Shown here piece by piece: positions 27,454-41,332 of a stretch of 64,000 nucleotides of DNA (its first letter is position 1; every line of letters begins with the position of its first letter). The stretch lies in contig NC_058379.1 in the NCBI RefSeq assembly GCF_018350175.1, positions 2,976,001-3,040,000 on the forward strand. Direction: 5' to 3'. The translations under genes were made by a program, and so were the position numbers. The notes beneath the pieces are model-generated. The model did not search any database, was not told the origin of the DNA, and saw only the letters and a program-made list of their open reading frames with translations. The stretch comes from Felis catus. Lineage: Eukaryota.

Positions 27454-29082
27454 CCGTGCTAGGGCCTTGATGGCTTCCCTAGTCTTTATAGGACCAGTGT
27501 GGCTTCCGAGTACCACGCAGGATCCCGCAGACTCCACGGTTATGTAGGGTCTATGGGGTTATACAGGGTCCTTGGTGTCTTTGGTAGTATGATGGTTTCT
27601 GGGGAAGCGATGGCCACGGTGCCATCAGAGCCATCAAAGGGGGTCTTGTCATTGTGGTTGGATTTGGGAAAGTCAATCTGGATGTGGGCTGAGCTGCCCA
27701 CCCCTTAGTTCACCAGCATGATGTCACTCTACCAGGAGTGGCTCAACACCGCTCACACCAGGGACAGCTCTATGTAATGGGGTTTAGGTAAAAGATGGCA
27801 AAAGAAACGAATACCTTTGCATGGTGTGAAACATTGTGTCCTGTTATGTCAAACATGTATAAATGTAAGGACTAGATCAGGTAGCCTTTCAATCAAACTC
27901 TGTATTACTGGGATGATAGGTAAGAAATTAGTAATTATGTTTGGCTCGGGAGGGAATCAGAGGCAAAGGGGTGGGAAGGACATTTGTCTCCTGACTTACC
28001 ATGTATTATCATGCCGGAGAAGCAGGGCGGAATAATGGTTGAGGGCAAGGACTTGGAACCGGAGTGCCTGGCCTTGAATTCCAAGCTCCCGGGTCCTTGA
28101 CCAAGATCACACAGCTCCTAAGTAGCTCACCCAGGATACGACATTAGCCTGGGTGTTTTCAGAGCCTGCATCCTATGGATATGCTTGGTGCACGCGCACA
28201 CGCACACACACTCACACACACACACGCTCAACATGACGATCCCACTTTGTATCTGTGCATGTCTACTACAGATAAGACCCACTTAATGTAAACTCTCCAT
28301 TTTCCGTTTTGTTTTCAGAGCATTCAGCCGTTCAAGTGAGGCTGTACTTCTCAATGATTCAATGGAGCGCACCTTAACTGAAAACAATGATGCGTGTTCC
28401 TTGTGATTTATATCCGTAGATTAAATGTCGTGTGCAAAACATGATATTACTTGCAGCCCCTCAATCTGTTAACTGGGCTGGGCCGGTGATCGTGTGTTTA
28501 TGACACCGAGGCTGAGCCCAGGGCTCAGCCCCCGCCCCCCCAGGGTTGCAGAAAGTCCTGGGTGGGGTTTAGCAAGCCTCCTGCATCCCCAACAAGGTTA
28601 CTCTGAAAGTACCCCCCATCCACCTTTCCTGATTTCAAAAACTACTTCGAGTGCACTGCCGCTCCTCAATTTCAACACCATATTGAGTACAAGGTTGGGT
28701 GTTTTACTGTGTGGTCTGTAAATTATATGAAAATAACAAAGCAAGATGCAGGGAGCTGTGCTGTAACCGTATCGCAGTGTCTTTGGACAGGAGGAGTCCA
28801 AATTCTCTAAGGTGTGGGGGGGGGGGGGGACCAGGCACAGCAAACTTAGCCAGGACCCACACAGAGGGGCCACGGCCACCGGATGATTGGTAAAAGCAGC
28901 AGACGCCGTCCCCCGTTTCCAGATCAGTAAGGTGTCCAGTCTGTGGTGTCACCTAAGTGATGTGGTACCACGGGAGGGAGGGAAGTGGAATTTCAGTCAG
29001 CCACTCTGTTTGGGGAGGATGCTCAGGGCACCCCCATTAGCACCAAATCAACCTTATCTACCAAGTAAACCAACAGTCTTTC

Positions 29083-29315
29083 TTTTTTTTTTTTTTAATT
29101 TTTTTAACGTTTATTTATTTTTGAGACAGGGAGAGACAGAGCATGAACAGGGGAGGGCCAGAGAGAGAGGGAGACACAGAATCTGAAACAGGCTCTAGGC
29201 TCTGAGCTGTCAGCACAGAGCCCGACGCGGGGCTCGAACTCACGAACTGTGAGCTCATGACCTGAGCCAAAACCAAAAGTAAGACGCTTAACCGACTGAG
29301 CCACCCAGGCGCCCC
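29083..29315 (-). mobile_element. Can-SINE (SINEC_Fc-like) without recognisable TSD
   Basis: Full-length - strand SINE ending ccacccaggcgcccc; the two flanks do not match. Confidence 0.95.
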
Positions 29316-31526
29316 AAGAATTGTATAATGTTATAAACGGACATCCGTAGGGGCACCTAGAGGCATTTTATTCCTCAAGAGAGGCAATGGAATGCGGTCC
29401 TTAAAAGGGAAGAAGGAGCCAAAGCCACACTTCCTGGGTTCAGCTGCGGGCCTTTCTGCCTCTTGATCCCGTGCAGGTAACGGATTTACCAGTCTCCCTG
29501 CTTCAGTTCTCTAATGGGGACAATAACGAGCCACCTCAAATTATAATTGCAAGGATTGAGTTGATAATAATTAAGTAATAAATTATCTGTAATAAATAAA
29601 TAACAAAATAATAATAATTTAATGTTTAATGTTACTATTAGTGATATTCAGTGAGCTGTTGTTTTATAATGAGGATACTTCGCTAATTTTATATTGTAGT
29701 TTGTCGTAAGAAATAATAAGTTATTTAGAGCAGTTCCTGGCCTATGGCGAGCGCTCGGTGAATCTGCTGAGCATGGCCTCATCTTCAGCCCTAGGATGTT
29801 GTTGAAATCGCCACACCCGGGAGGCTTCCCGAGAAGGATCTCAGTGCTACAGCCAGAAAACGACAAGGGCCTGCCACGGTGGGAGCCGCCTCTGAGCAGC
29901 GTTCTCCTCGTGGACGACATCTCCCACGGGTGGCCCGCCCGCGGATCCAGGAAGACTTGACTCCCAGGAACGTGTCTTCTGCCGTCCGATGGAATCCGAA
30001 GCAAAAACTTGGACTTGGAAAAAAGGCCGTGATTCTTCTTCTCCCACCTTCCCGTTCTTGCTCACTTCCCGAACAAAGTCCTGAAATCCAGCACAGCGAT
30101 GACGCTGCCTGTTTTCCGCTAAGAAACGCGTGTTGGTGGCACCTCGCAACTCAGCCATCGTGAGTCACGTCTTCCTGTGGTTCGCGCGCTGGGGGTGGTT
30201 ATAAAAAACAAACAAAAACAAAAAACAAAAAACCAGGAATGAGCGCTCGCATTATTCACTTCATTTATTTGGATACGATATTTGGAGCTCCTTCTTTACA
30301 TTTGCTAGAGCGTCCTGTCATCTTTCCCTCTGCCACCGTCTGTTGGACACAGATAACGTAACACACAGAGGGTGGGAAAAAGTTCCCTTAGAAGGGAACA
30401 GAATTATTCAACTTGATTTATAGATTGGGGTGAGCTTTTGTTTTTTTCTTTTCTCCCCTCAAAGGAGCCAAATAGCATGAGACATTTCATTAGTGAACGT
30501 ATCACTGCATTTGGTAACCAAATGGCTGAGGCAATTAAGCTGTTGTTCTCCCGGATGAAAAGAGACACCGTTTGGCTTTGTACTTATTTTTTTTTTCCTT
30601 TGGAAGAGGAGGTGGGTTTCTCCACCTGGCTGCGAGAGCAGTAACGCTAAGTGTGTGTACTTCTAACTGTCGTCAGAGCACGAGACGGGGATCTTCAAGT
30701 CCTTGGTGACCGTGCTTTTCCATCCGAGGGAGCGGCCGCAAGACGAGTGGCGGTCTTACTCAGGAAACGTTGCTTTCTGACAGTTAATGAATGAACTTGT
30801 CATCCGTCACAGAGAGATGCTAGGTGAGGAGGATTCTAAGGAACCGTTGTCGGATTCGATTAGAGTTAAAGGACCACAACCCCAGTTTCACGATCGGAAA
30901 TCTGAGGCGCAAATAAGACGACGGGGCTCAATGTCAGAAGGGCAGTTGAAGTGACAGAATGTCAGAATTCCTAACCCGGTACTCATACCCTTAGACACGC
31001 TGGTCCCGAAATTATCCAGAGAATATACAGAGGAGGGAGACAAGGTAAACAAGAAAGCAGTGTGTTTCTGTGTCGACCTCTCCAGCCTTCAGGGAAAGAA
31101 ATGATTCTGTAAGAGTGGAATCTGAACGCCTATAGTTGGGCTGCTGTTCAGCTGGTATGTCCAGGAGACCCATCCCCATGACTCCCTCTCTGATTGGTCA
31201 GTGTCATACTGGCCCTTAAATATTTTGACTACAATCCCTCTGTCCATCGAGAGAGAGTAGGGCAACACAGGGTATAACAGGCATGTGCTGTTTTGCTGAT
31301 CACCCTTTTTTTGGGTGGCAGCATCCCGAATTTGCTCTGGGAGCGACATTCCTCCCATTGGATGTGGGTGGAGCCATCAGTCAAGACATCCCCTCCAAGG
31401 GGCGTCCCCACAGGTGCCCTCTGTTCCTGTGACCTACCCCGGTTCTGCTGCCTTGTTCCTTCCTCTCCAGCCTAAGTCCAGAGTCTCAGCTTAACTTTCT
31501 ACTTCGTAAGGTACCCCTTAACCTTC

Positions 31527-31731
31527 TTTTTTTTTTAATTTTTAAAAATGTTCATTTATTTTTGAGAGAGAGACACCGTGTGAGCAGGAGAGGTGCAGAG
31601 AGAGAGGGAGACAGGATCCAGGCTCTGAGCTGTCAGCACAGAGCTCCACATGGGGCTTGAACCCACCAACCATGCGATCATGACCTGAGCTGAAGTCGGA
31701 CACTTAACCGACTAAGCCACCCAGGCGTCCC
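31527..31731 (-). mobile_element. Can-SINE
   Basis: - strand SINE with imperfect TSD accccttaaccttct / acccataaccttct. Confidence 0.92.
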
Positions 31732-33669
31732 ACCCATAACCTTCTACGAAACCCCTTCCATCTTTAAGCTGGTCAAAACCAACCTGTCACTGACAACCGA
31801 AGAACGCTGGAAGAACCCCCAAAGATGCTCCCCTAATCTTCCAGAGACGGTGTGAATCAAACTGTGAGATGGTAACAAATCACACAAATGGAATTAGCTG
31901 TCTGCAGACACGCTTCCTGGAAGCAAATCTTCCTGAAAAATACAGCTCCGACAGAAGTTATTGATGAGATGCGAGTGCCTCTATATGTCACCAGGAAGCA
32001 TCAACCAGGCAGAAACTTCTGGAAGTATGAGATGCCTCCCATGTTAGGAAAAGTCCGTGGAAGATAAAATGCTGACTCCTGTGAGTGGGAAGCTCCGAGA
32101 AGAGGGGCCTCAGACCGAACACGGCTGATGGGTGGTCTCTGCAGCACCGGGCGCGTGGTGGTCGGCCTCCCCGCAAGCCACCTTCCCCGGGTCTCGCGTG
32201 CACCTGCGGGCATCCGTCCACACAGCTCCGCCACACCCGGGCCGCCATAACCAGAAGGCGGGACTCCCAGGGCAGGCACCACCCAGACGCGGCCCCGCTT
32301 GGTGCGGACACCGCAGCCGGTCTCAGACACGTCGTCCCTCACGTCACCTGCTGCAGCGCAGAGGCCGGGTCTCCTACAGAGAACCTCTTTCTCTTCCTCT
32401 TCCGGGCCCTTCCGGTAAATGTCCCGGACTTGAGCCTCATTGGCTCGTGACTGAGCCATGTGTCTACCTCCGAGCCAATCACGATGGGCCTGAGGCTGCC
32501 ACCTTTGGATTGGCTGGGCGCGGGTCACATGACCCCCTTTGGAGCACAGCTGTGGTGTGTTAGGCGGTTTCCCGAAAGGAGAACCGGGGAGGCTGTGACG
32601 AAGACAAGGGGGGCGTTCGGATGTCCGCTGGCCTGGAAACCAGGTCCCCGGCTCGTTTCCTCGGCTGAACAGAAAGACTTCCTGTAGGCGGCGGAAGGCG
32701 ACCTCATGTCGCCCGGGGCCTGAAATCGCCCCATTTCTCTGCAGCTGCCAAGCGGGGCGAACTGGATTTCACCCTTCCCAGCCGAAGGGCCCTTCCTCCT
32801 CAGCTGCATGGCTGTCCTGTCCTGCTGCGTGGCTGTGCGGGGACACAGAGCCCACCCATGGGGGCAGGTGCCTGGCCACCCCTTCCCACCTGCCCGTCCG
32901 CCTCGCCCCCGACACCCGGCGCTTCCAGGAGCCCCCTGCCCTCCCGGACCTGCTCTCAGTCAGGTAACCTGGTGCTGCGAGGCCCACGGAGGCCGAGAGC
33001 GGCAGACGCGACACGCCGATCGGGGACCGAGGTCGTGACGTTTTCCTGTCCTCAAACTGTACGTGCTCTTTCCGGTGCAGACCGGACAGCCAAAGGGCGG
33101 GCGGGGTGGCGAGGGTGGACATTTCGGTCACTGTTGCCAGCTGTGCACAGGATCCGTGGGGAAGCAGGATGGAGGCCGCCTCCTCACGCCTCCTCTGTGC
33201 TCCCACGGGTCATCCCACGGCGATGATGGTGACTGAGCTTTGAGGCAGCGCAGGTGCGCACAGAGGCGTCTGCTCACCCCTGCATGGCCTCTCATAATTT
33301 CAACAGACAGCATGACTTCTTTTAGGTGAATGCCCTCAAGAGGCCGCTCTGAGCATTATGCCCAAAACTGAGCCCTAGTAATCTGACCACTCTCGGGACC
33401 GGAATGGGGACGAGGGGTCTGCAGGCCGGATCCCTTGCCTCCATGTGTTCTCAGCCCAGAGAGAGGGGCGCGGCTCTGGGTGGGATGATGCCTCAGTGGC
33501 TCCTCCATCAGCACCATGGGCTCACACAGCCACATCCATTTACTCATTCACTGACTTGCTCACTCGTCCATCAAGCTCTGAATCCTGCCGGCCACATGCC
33601 ATGGTCAGAACCAAAGACACAGAGACTTACAGTCAAATGAGGAGACCAGTAATTACAGTCCAGGGTGAT

Positions 33670-34065
33670 TTGCAACCCCCCACAGAGCATGCCAGCGTCC
33701 ACGAGCTGGGTGGCTTAAAACCACAGTTTACTCCCTTGCAGTTCTGGAGGCAGCAGATCTGAAATCAGATCAAAGTGTGGGCAGGGCCATGTCCCCTTCA
33801 ACGCGTCCTGCCTCTTCCAGCTCTTGGTGGCCGTAGGCATTCCTCTGCCTCTGTCTTCACGTGGCCTCCTTCCCCCGATGCATCTTTCTGCCGCTTCTTT
33901 CGTATAAGGACACCGGTCCTTGACTTAAGGCCCACCCTGAATTCAGGATGACTTCATCTTGGGATCCCTAACTAATGACATCTGTGAAGGTCCTGTTCCC
34001 AAATAAGGTCACCCCTGGGGTTCCGGGCGGACGTCAATCCAAGAGGACCTCTTTGTCCCACTACA
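33670..34065. mobile_element. MLT1 (MaLR) LTR remnant
   Basis: ctgggtggcttaaaa...cagttctggaggc...cctcttccagct...tataaggacacc...gggcccaccct...ccaaataaggtcac...ccactaca. Confidence 0.8.
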
Positions 34066-37000
34066 GACAGGGACGACTCCGGGAGGAGACGAGCACCCCG
34101 TGGGGTGAGGAACGGGACCAACCTAAGGAGTGTTCTACCACGTTCTAGGTGGTGTTAGAGCTCCACAGAAAAGCCGAGTGCCAGGGGTCCTACCTGACAA
34201 ACTAAACTCTGCACCTCGGATCTTGACAGCTTTTCTCTGACGACGTCTTTCCCGAGTGCCGCGCAGTAGGGAGACGAGGCCCGTGCACGCGTGTGCCTGT
34301 ACGTGCGTGTGTGCGTGTGTGTCTGTGTGTGCAGGGAAGGGTCCAGAAGCGGAGCGGCCCGTCAAGCAGGACCGAGATGACTGTACACAGTGCCTCCCCT
34401 CAACCCCTGGTTTTAGGGGCAAATCCGAGAACACCGGCCGTCTGCCAGCTCCTTCCCTGCCCGATCCTGGCGGGCCGTCAGGAGGTGTGGGCACGGCCTG
34501 ATTGAGCAAGAGCGCGCCTGTGAGAGCTCCCTGTTCACTGTGTCGGGCGGTCAGACACGCACTTGTCTGCTCCTCTCCTGGCTGACGGTGGAGAGCTGGG
34601 TGGCAGTGTGGGACGCTGCCTGGCTCCCCGCGTCTGAGGGCTGGAAGGCTTGGACTTACAGGCAGAGTGGAATCGCCCTCCCAGGCGGGATGGGAGCACA
34701 AAGCTGGTGGCCGTCAGCTCCCTGGGGGGCAGGCCCACAGCCACCTTAGCCCGATCCGTGACCCCAGGGGGCCTGCCTCCGGTGGGGGAGGTTACGGCCA
34801 CTGTGGGTCTCCTGCCTCAACCCGCCCTTGCTGCAGAAAGACGGACCCTTGGGATTCGAGGCTCCTGCATCGTGAAGGTAGGTGACGTCGGCGCAGCCTC
34901 AGCTGGGCGCCCAGCCCCCGCCCAGCCTCACAGACCGTGTGTCACGCAATTCTCTAGCAACTCGGGGATACGCTTGTCTGTTCTTCAGATGCCCCTCAAG
35001 CACCTGCCGCGGGCCGGGCGGGGTTCACGGCACTGGACGCAGCTTCGCCAGCGTGACTGCTTTTCCGGAGTCGTTGTGGTGAGGGGCGGGGAAGGGGCAC
35101 GCAGCACAGGAGCAAAGCGGTAAACGGACGAGGTGGTTTCAGATCGTGCCACTGGGCCACACATGAAAGTCCTGGGGCGGATGGCCCTTTGGAGGAAGTG
35201 GTGTCTCCAGAGGGTGTGACATTTGAGCCAGCCTTCCGAGCAGAGGCGGGCTGGTTATCACAGGAAAGGGGACCCCGAGGGCTGACGTGCATCGTGTCTA
35301 GGGGTAGGGGAGGTGGGGCACGGGGCGGTGCTGGGGCGGGAGACTGGGGCCCTGGGCAGGGCCACCTGGCTGTGATGGGGATCCTTCTAAGTGCAAGGAG
35401 AACTCCTGGTTGGACCGGAGCCTGGTTTGCAGCTCGTGCAGGGTGGCTCTGAGTGCTGGGTGGAGCCTGGACATGGAGGGGTGAACGCGGAGGCCAGCCG
35501 GGAGAGAGGGGCGCCCCCTGCAGGTGGGGCACGTAAGCACCGCGTCTGCAATTTACTGGTGTCCAGACCAGGGACCAAAATAACTTAAAAATCACCACTC
35601 CAGGAAAACAGAACAGCCAGCCTTGAGTCCGGGAGCACCCCGAGGAAAGGACCAGCCGACACCTAAGTGTCACGAGCTGTGACTCCCCGGGGGCCAGATG
35701 GGGAGGGAGCCCGCGAAGGAGCAAATTCTCCTAAATTCGCCCACGGTCTGAAATTCAAACATGAGCCATATGGCCGTCTCTGATCTGAGCACCACAGACC
35801 TACACACTGCAGACCCCCAGCTTGTCATTAACCAACTGAAAAAATGTCACATCTTTCGAAAACAAAAATGACCTTTGAGGGGATGTTCTGGCTGTCAGGA
35901 GGACCGGGCGGCCGTGAAGAGCAGGCTCCCTCTCAGGACCCGCCGGGCCGCTGGCGAAGCCGCCAGGCCGGGAGGCGAAGGCAGCTTTTGTGGCTGACTG
36001 CAGACGCTGCTAAGCGCAAAGCTGACAGACCCAGCTGATGGGCACGTGTTGTGCTGAGGTGTCTTCCTGACCTAAAAAAAGCCCTCAAATTCCGATTATC
36101 CTTCCCTCCATCTAGGTGGCCAGATGCCACAAATCCCTGCGTTAGAAATTGCTTTCGGTTAAGATGCTTTAGGTCTTAGGTGGATGCCAGTGTATTCCCA
36201 GGGAAGAGGGACTTTAATCCGTTATTTTCGACAAGATTGGCCGTCATTACTCAGCAAGGTGGCACACAGGGCTGGTACGTTTTCTCTGGGGATTGGGGAC
36301 AGTGGCGGGAGGGGAACGCCTTAGTTGAGGTCCCCGTTACAAAGGAGCATATAACCTTCCAGGAATGATAAAAGGGGCTTTGCTAAAACACTGGCGATTT
36401 AGAAGAACCCCTAAGTGAAACGCGGACAATTAACTTCAGCAGATTCGCTGACACTTGCTCAGAGGCAAAGAAGGTGAATGAGCAGGAGAAAGAAAAGCTG
36501 TGCGTCCCGGATTTCCCATACAGGGACAGCTGCGGAAGGTTCCGGCACGGTGCCTTGTAAGGGATCAGCAAGAATGATTCTGCAGAGCTGAGAGCAGAGA
36601 CCCAGACGGTTATTTAGACACCTGTGCTCCCAGCAGCGTTGCTCACAACGCCTGACTACAAGGGGACAGGATTCGTCCAGAAAAGGAAATGAAATGTTGA
36701 CACTGTGCTACGATGCGGGTGGACCCTGAGGACATTGTGGGCGGTACAGTAAGGTGCAAGGACTGGGCAGGCGAAAATACTTCCCCGAATGGTCCTGTGT
36801 TGGCGCCTCTGCTCCGAGGCACCAGGCACCGTGGCTTCTACTGTGTATGCCCCTCTCTCGGGCTCTGCCTCACTCAACGGATTTTCCCGCCCGGACGGCA
36901 TCCCTGGCAGTCGGGGCACAGCCTCGTTCTGAGTAGTTCACCCCAGGCTTCGGGCCCTGGTGGCATCTTAAAGCGCAGGAACAGTTTGAGGCAGCCTTTT

Positions 37001-40000
37001 CTAAATTCTAGCCCGGGCCAGAGACTGCACGCTCACAGAGCGTTCTGGATCTGTCTGCATCTCGGAGCATGACCTGCGGGCCACTGGCTCTCGTAGGTGT
37101 GAGCTGCACCAGCCACGGACTCGGGAATGCAGTCCCCATCTATCGTGCTCAATGCGTCATGCTTCCATCCCCCTTGAAGTCACACTGACACTGATCCCAA
37201 GAAAACCTGGGCTCGTTTGCTCCTGTGGTAGAAAAATAAAGGAATATGGCGGGGGAAAGGCAGCACCAGAAAGGAGAAGACAGAAGTCCCACAGCAGGCT
37301 TTGTGAAGGATTTCCTGTGTGACATCAGGCCAGTCACCTTACCTCTCTGAGCCCGTGTGTCCAGTGAGGAGTCTGCATTCCCTGAGTGTGACCGAAACAA
37401 CGTTCCCTAGAAAGATTTCCTTCCCTCGCTGCCCCCTGGGCACACATGCTTTTTCCCCAAATGCAGTCTGTCTCCACCGCCTGCTCGTCACTGACAAAAG
37501 TAGTGACTTACCTTCACGGGGCCCGGCCTCTGGTGGCGGCCCCCGAGGGCCCCCGAGGAAAGACCACTTCGCGGCTCCGCGGCACAGCCGGGTTCCAGGA
37601 GGCACGGAAAGGCTAGGTATCTCGTCCAAGGTCACACACGAGGAGATGCTGGGGCTGGGGGCCCGTGTAAGCTGATCCAGTGCCAAAGCACGTGTTCTCA
37701 TCATGCGCACCCTGCTTCCTCCAGGGACAGGAGCGTTTGGTGGCTCACCTCCTCGTTCAGGCTGCACAGTGCTCTTCTGGATCTCTGTCACTCCTCAACC
37801 CTCTTCTCTTGTTGGCTTTGCCAGACCGATCCTCTTCCAACGCCCAAGGTGTAGTGTCGACGTTTACAGGGTTCCTGCGTGTGCCCGGGACTGTGCAAGG
37901 GCCTCTGTGCACCCTCACCGATCTGCAGTCCCTCATCCACAGTTCCCAAATTACATAAAATATGTCTCTACGACCCAGAAATTTTTTTCGGAGGTTTGTG
38001 GCAAAAGTATTTCCCGGTGTAATAACGAGGAACCGTGTAAAGTGTTCGTTTAGCACACTTACTGCAATTACGTTTGTGTGCGTTTTGCTGCGTAAATGTG
38101 AAAAAACGTGTCGTGATGGGGTGCTCCCCCAGAAGTGGGTACCACTGCGTGTGTTACTGTATGTGCACGTATATGTGCCTATCTGGCCACACACGTGCTG
38201 TGTTGACTCCCTCCCCCCCATACCCTCCGCGTCACGGCCCGTCTCCCCTCTCTGAGGCCATTTGTTACGACAGATGACTTCTCTCCCGCGAGGATCCAAG
38301 TTCCGTGTCCCATTTCCCTTCGACAGCCCTCGGTTTCCGGGAAAGCCTCTTACATAACCTCGGGTCTCTTTTTATTTCTGGAGAAGTCAGCTGCGTGTTG
38401 CCTTCAGACCAGCAAGGCCCACGGGGCCTCATCAGCGCCGGGCCTAATGAAGGAAGATTTTCCACAGAGTGCTGATTTATTTTCTTCCCTCCTGAGGTGT
38501 GAGCCGTGTGGGTCAGAATAACTTACCCTGCTCTACTGAAGAGAAATTATGTCTCGATGGTTCCCCAAAGGACAATCGAGTCCTCCGTCCGTATGTAAAG
38601 GCGGCCGCGGGAATGTTCCGTTCCAAAGCCATAAAAACAGCACAGGGTGTACCTCATTATCATGCTTACGGCAGACTGACTCCTTCCTTAACTGTAAACT
38701 CTCCTGACATCTCCAACTGGGATAATTGCGGTGCTTAAGGGAACTTTTGGCCTTGCTAAAAATACTTAGCCACGGTCTGCACAGCAAGGGGTGCACTTAC
38801 AGGTGATCCAGGAAAGCCTCTGTGGCCAGCAAGTGCTAATTCGTCAGGGAGCCCTCCTGGCTCCCACGTGTCTTCGTTCCTCCTGCGTCGCCGTCCACCT
38901 CGACCTCACACCCCTGCTTCCGACGCTAGGGAGCCTAGGGGAGCTCGGTCCTACCCGGCGGCGAGGGGGCAGGAAGGAGATTCACCTGCTTCGTTTGGAG
39001 ACTATACACGCTGCTGCTGCCTCACCAAACCCCAGTTTCCTTCTCTGTTGGGAACGCAGCTCAGCTAAAGCTCCTGGTGTCCCGGCAGCCGCATAAAGCA
39101 AATGCCTGAGATTTGGTCAGTGCACTGCACACGGACACGGCATATGCCGATGAAGGCCCGGCCCGGAGAAGCCTGACTCTTATTCCCCATCCACCAGCTG
39201 GACGAAGAAGCCTCGAAGGAGGACAGAACCACAAGGTGGAGAGGACCTGGGTCCCAGAGTCACCATGTGGAGGACGGCCTCTGTGCACCTGCCCAGAACA
39301 CGAACATGACCACTGTTAAATCACTTAACCCGGCCCTGACCAGGCGTTGCCCATATTCACGTTCCAGAAGTCTTCCGCTGGGATCTGGGCATTGCCCGAG
39401 ATGCCCTCGTTGAGATATTCTCCCTCTACCCTGAACCAGCTTACCCGCCTCTTTAGTTGTTCAGCAAAGACCATGTAGGCTCAGTCGCCCTCCCCGGGAA
39501 TACGGAGTCCGGCTGGGCATCGGCTACGCCATATTCCACTCACATCACCCTACCAGAGGGTGGTCCGTGCAGCTGTTAGTGCCCAGAGAGGAAATCCCAC
39601 TTATTTCTTCCTAATCCTGCTGTAGCCGAGAGAACGGTTTTATTTCCATACCCCAGAACCCTCCCAGGTGTCCTGGGCTCTTACACTCTTAGGAGTCATT
39701 TGAACCCATCTCGGAGGTGGCTCTTGCAAATCAAAACCAGACATCTCACCGGCCATCTCTTGGTCAGACGTCCTCGCTGGACGGGAAGGAGAAGTAAGTC
39801 TGGGTGCTGAACCAGCTCTCTCGGGGCTTCTGGATCGTGTCAGTGGAAGAGACTCGTTATCTCCATCTCGATCCGGTATGCAGAGGGCTTCTGGTCCCTT
39901 CTCCTTCCCCAGCCGGTGGGAACTTTTACATACATGGGGGCAGAGAAAAGCTGGTCTGCTAACGTGCTTCGGGGGCTTTTGTACCAGCAGCCGTTGGGGA

Positions 40001-41270
40001 TAATAATCAAGTACCAGGTTGTCAGTCGAGAATTTACAGCGATACCAGTGGGTGCAGGTGGATGTTTCCCCCAACCACCTTTACCTGCCTGGGTGCAACC
40101 ATGTAGGAACGAGGGTTAGATTCAGCTGGGGGCGGTTTTTCCCTAGGTGAGTCTAACACATGGGAAGACAGCCGGGAGAGTTGGGGGGGGAGGGCAGGGT
40201 GTAGCAAGAGCCTGGTGATTACCATAGAACGTGCTGTCTCAACTAGGTAGGGAGAGCGGGCGTGAACAGCAGAACTGGGGGGACTGTGCTGGAGGGTCTC
40301 TATCCCAACATGTCACAGAGCCGGGGGTGAGGTGGGGGAGTGGTGGTGGGGCGGTGAGGGAGGTGGCCGCGGGCTAGCAGGACGAGGGATCGGCTGTCTG
40401 CAGAGAGCATCTCAGCCCCTATCAGGTAACCATTCGTCTAGTTGGGGTCTTCCTGGCGGTCTTTTGGGCGCTTATGTAGAACCTTATGTAGGGGAGGGAA
40501 TTCGCATGAGTGGTAACGTAGCGTATCATGGAGTTTTATCAGTGTTAACGCATATGTGCCTACCTTATTTATTTATTTTTTTTTACGTCTGCGTGGTATT
40601 TCACACACTGTTTTTACCTGTTTACTTAACTATTCCCCTGTGGGTGTACTTTTAGGTTAGTTTCGATTTTGCATTATTAGAGATGATAGCCAATCTCAAA
40701 AGGCCCATCACATCTCTCCATTTCTGTCTTATTCTCAAAAACAACAAAACCAAAAACCCAACACCTGTACTGATGGAGAAGCGGTCCCAGTTGCCAGAGG
40801 CGGGCGGGCGAGGGTGGGAGCATAAAGGGAAGGAACGCCCGCGAGGGAATTTCGTGGGCCCTGGCTGTGCTGCTAGGTCCAGAGTCCATACGTGTGTTAA
40901 ACTCAGGGAACTACAGAGGAAAGAAGGAGAATGTTGTCTGCCAATTTTTTTAAAGATTCGGTTAATTTTTAAAAGTTAGCCACTTTTGTATGTGTCATCC
41001 TGACGGCCGGTGCACTCGCGAAAGTACCCTCTCGAGTGGCCTTTCAGAAAGGGGGTCGCGGTCCCAGAGCATCGCATCCTTAGTTTCCGTCTTTCCCGCC
41101 TCACTGTCTTACAAAGTGATGACACCCATGGGCTTTTCTTGAAGGCAACGTGGCCTGAAGGATGCTTCCTGCCATGCAGTCTGTGGAAAACCTCCACAGA
41201 GAATTGGAAATCGAGGTATTCGGAATCCTACAGTGACGCCAATCTGTTTTCCAACGGCTGTCCTTTCTTT

Positions 41271-41332
41271 TTTCCTGGTTTCCTGCCTTTTCCTGCCTGG
41301 TTTCCTGGTTTCCTGGCTTTTCTTGTTTCCTG
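41271..41332. repeat. Six TTTCCTG copies in 62 bp
   Basis: TTTCCTG starts at 41271, 41279, 41289, 41301, 41309 and 41326. Confidence 0.85.
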
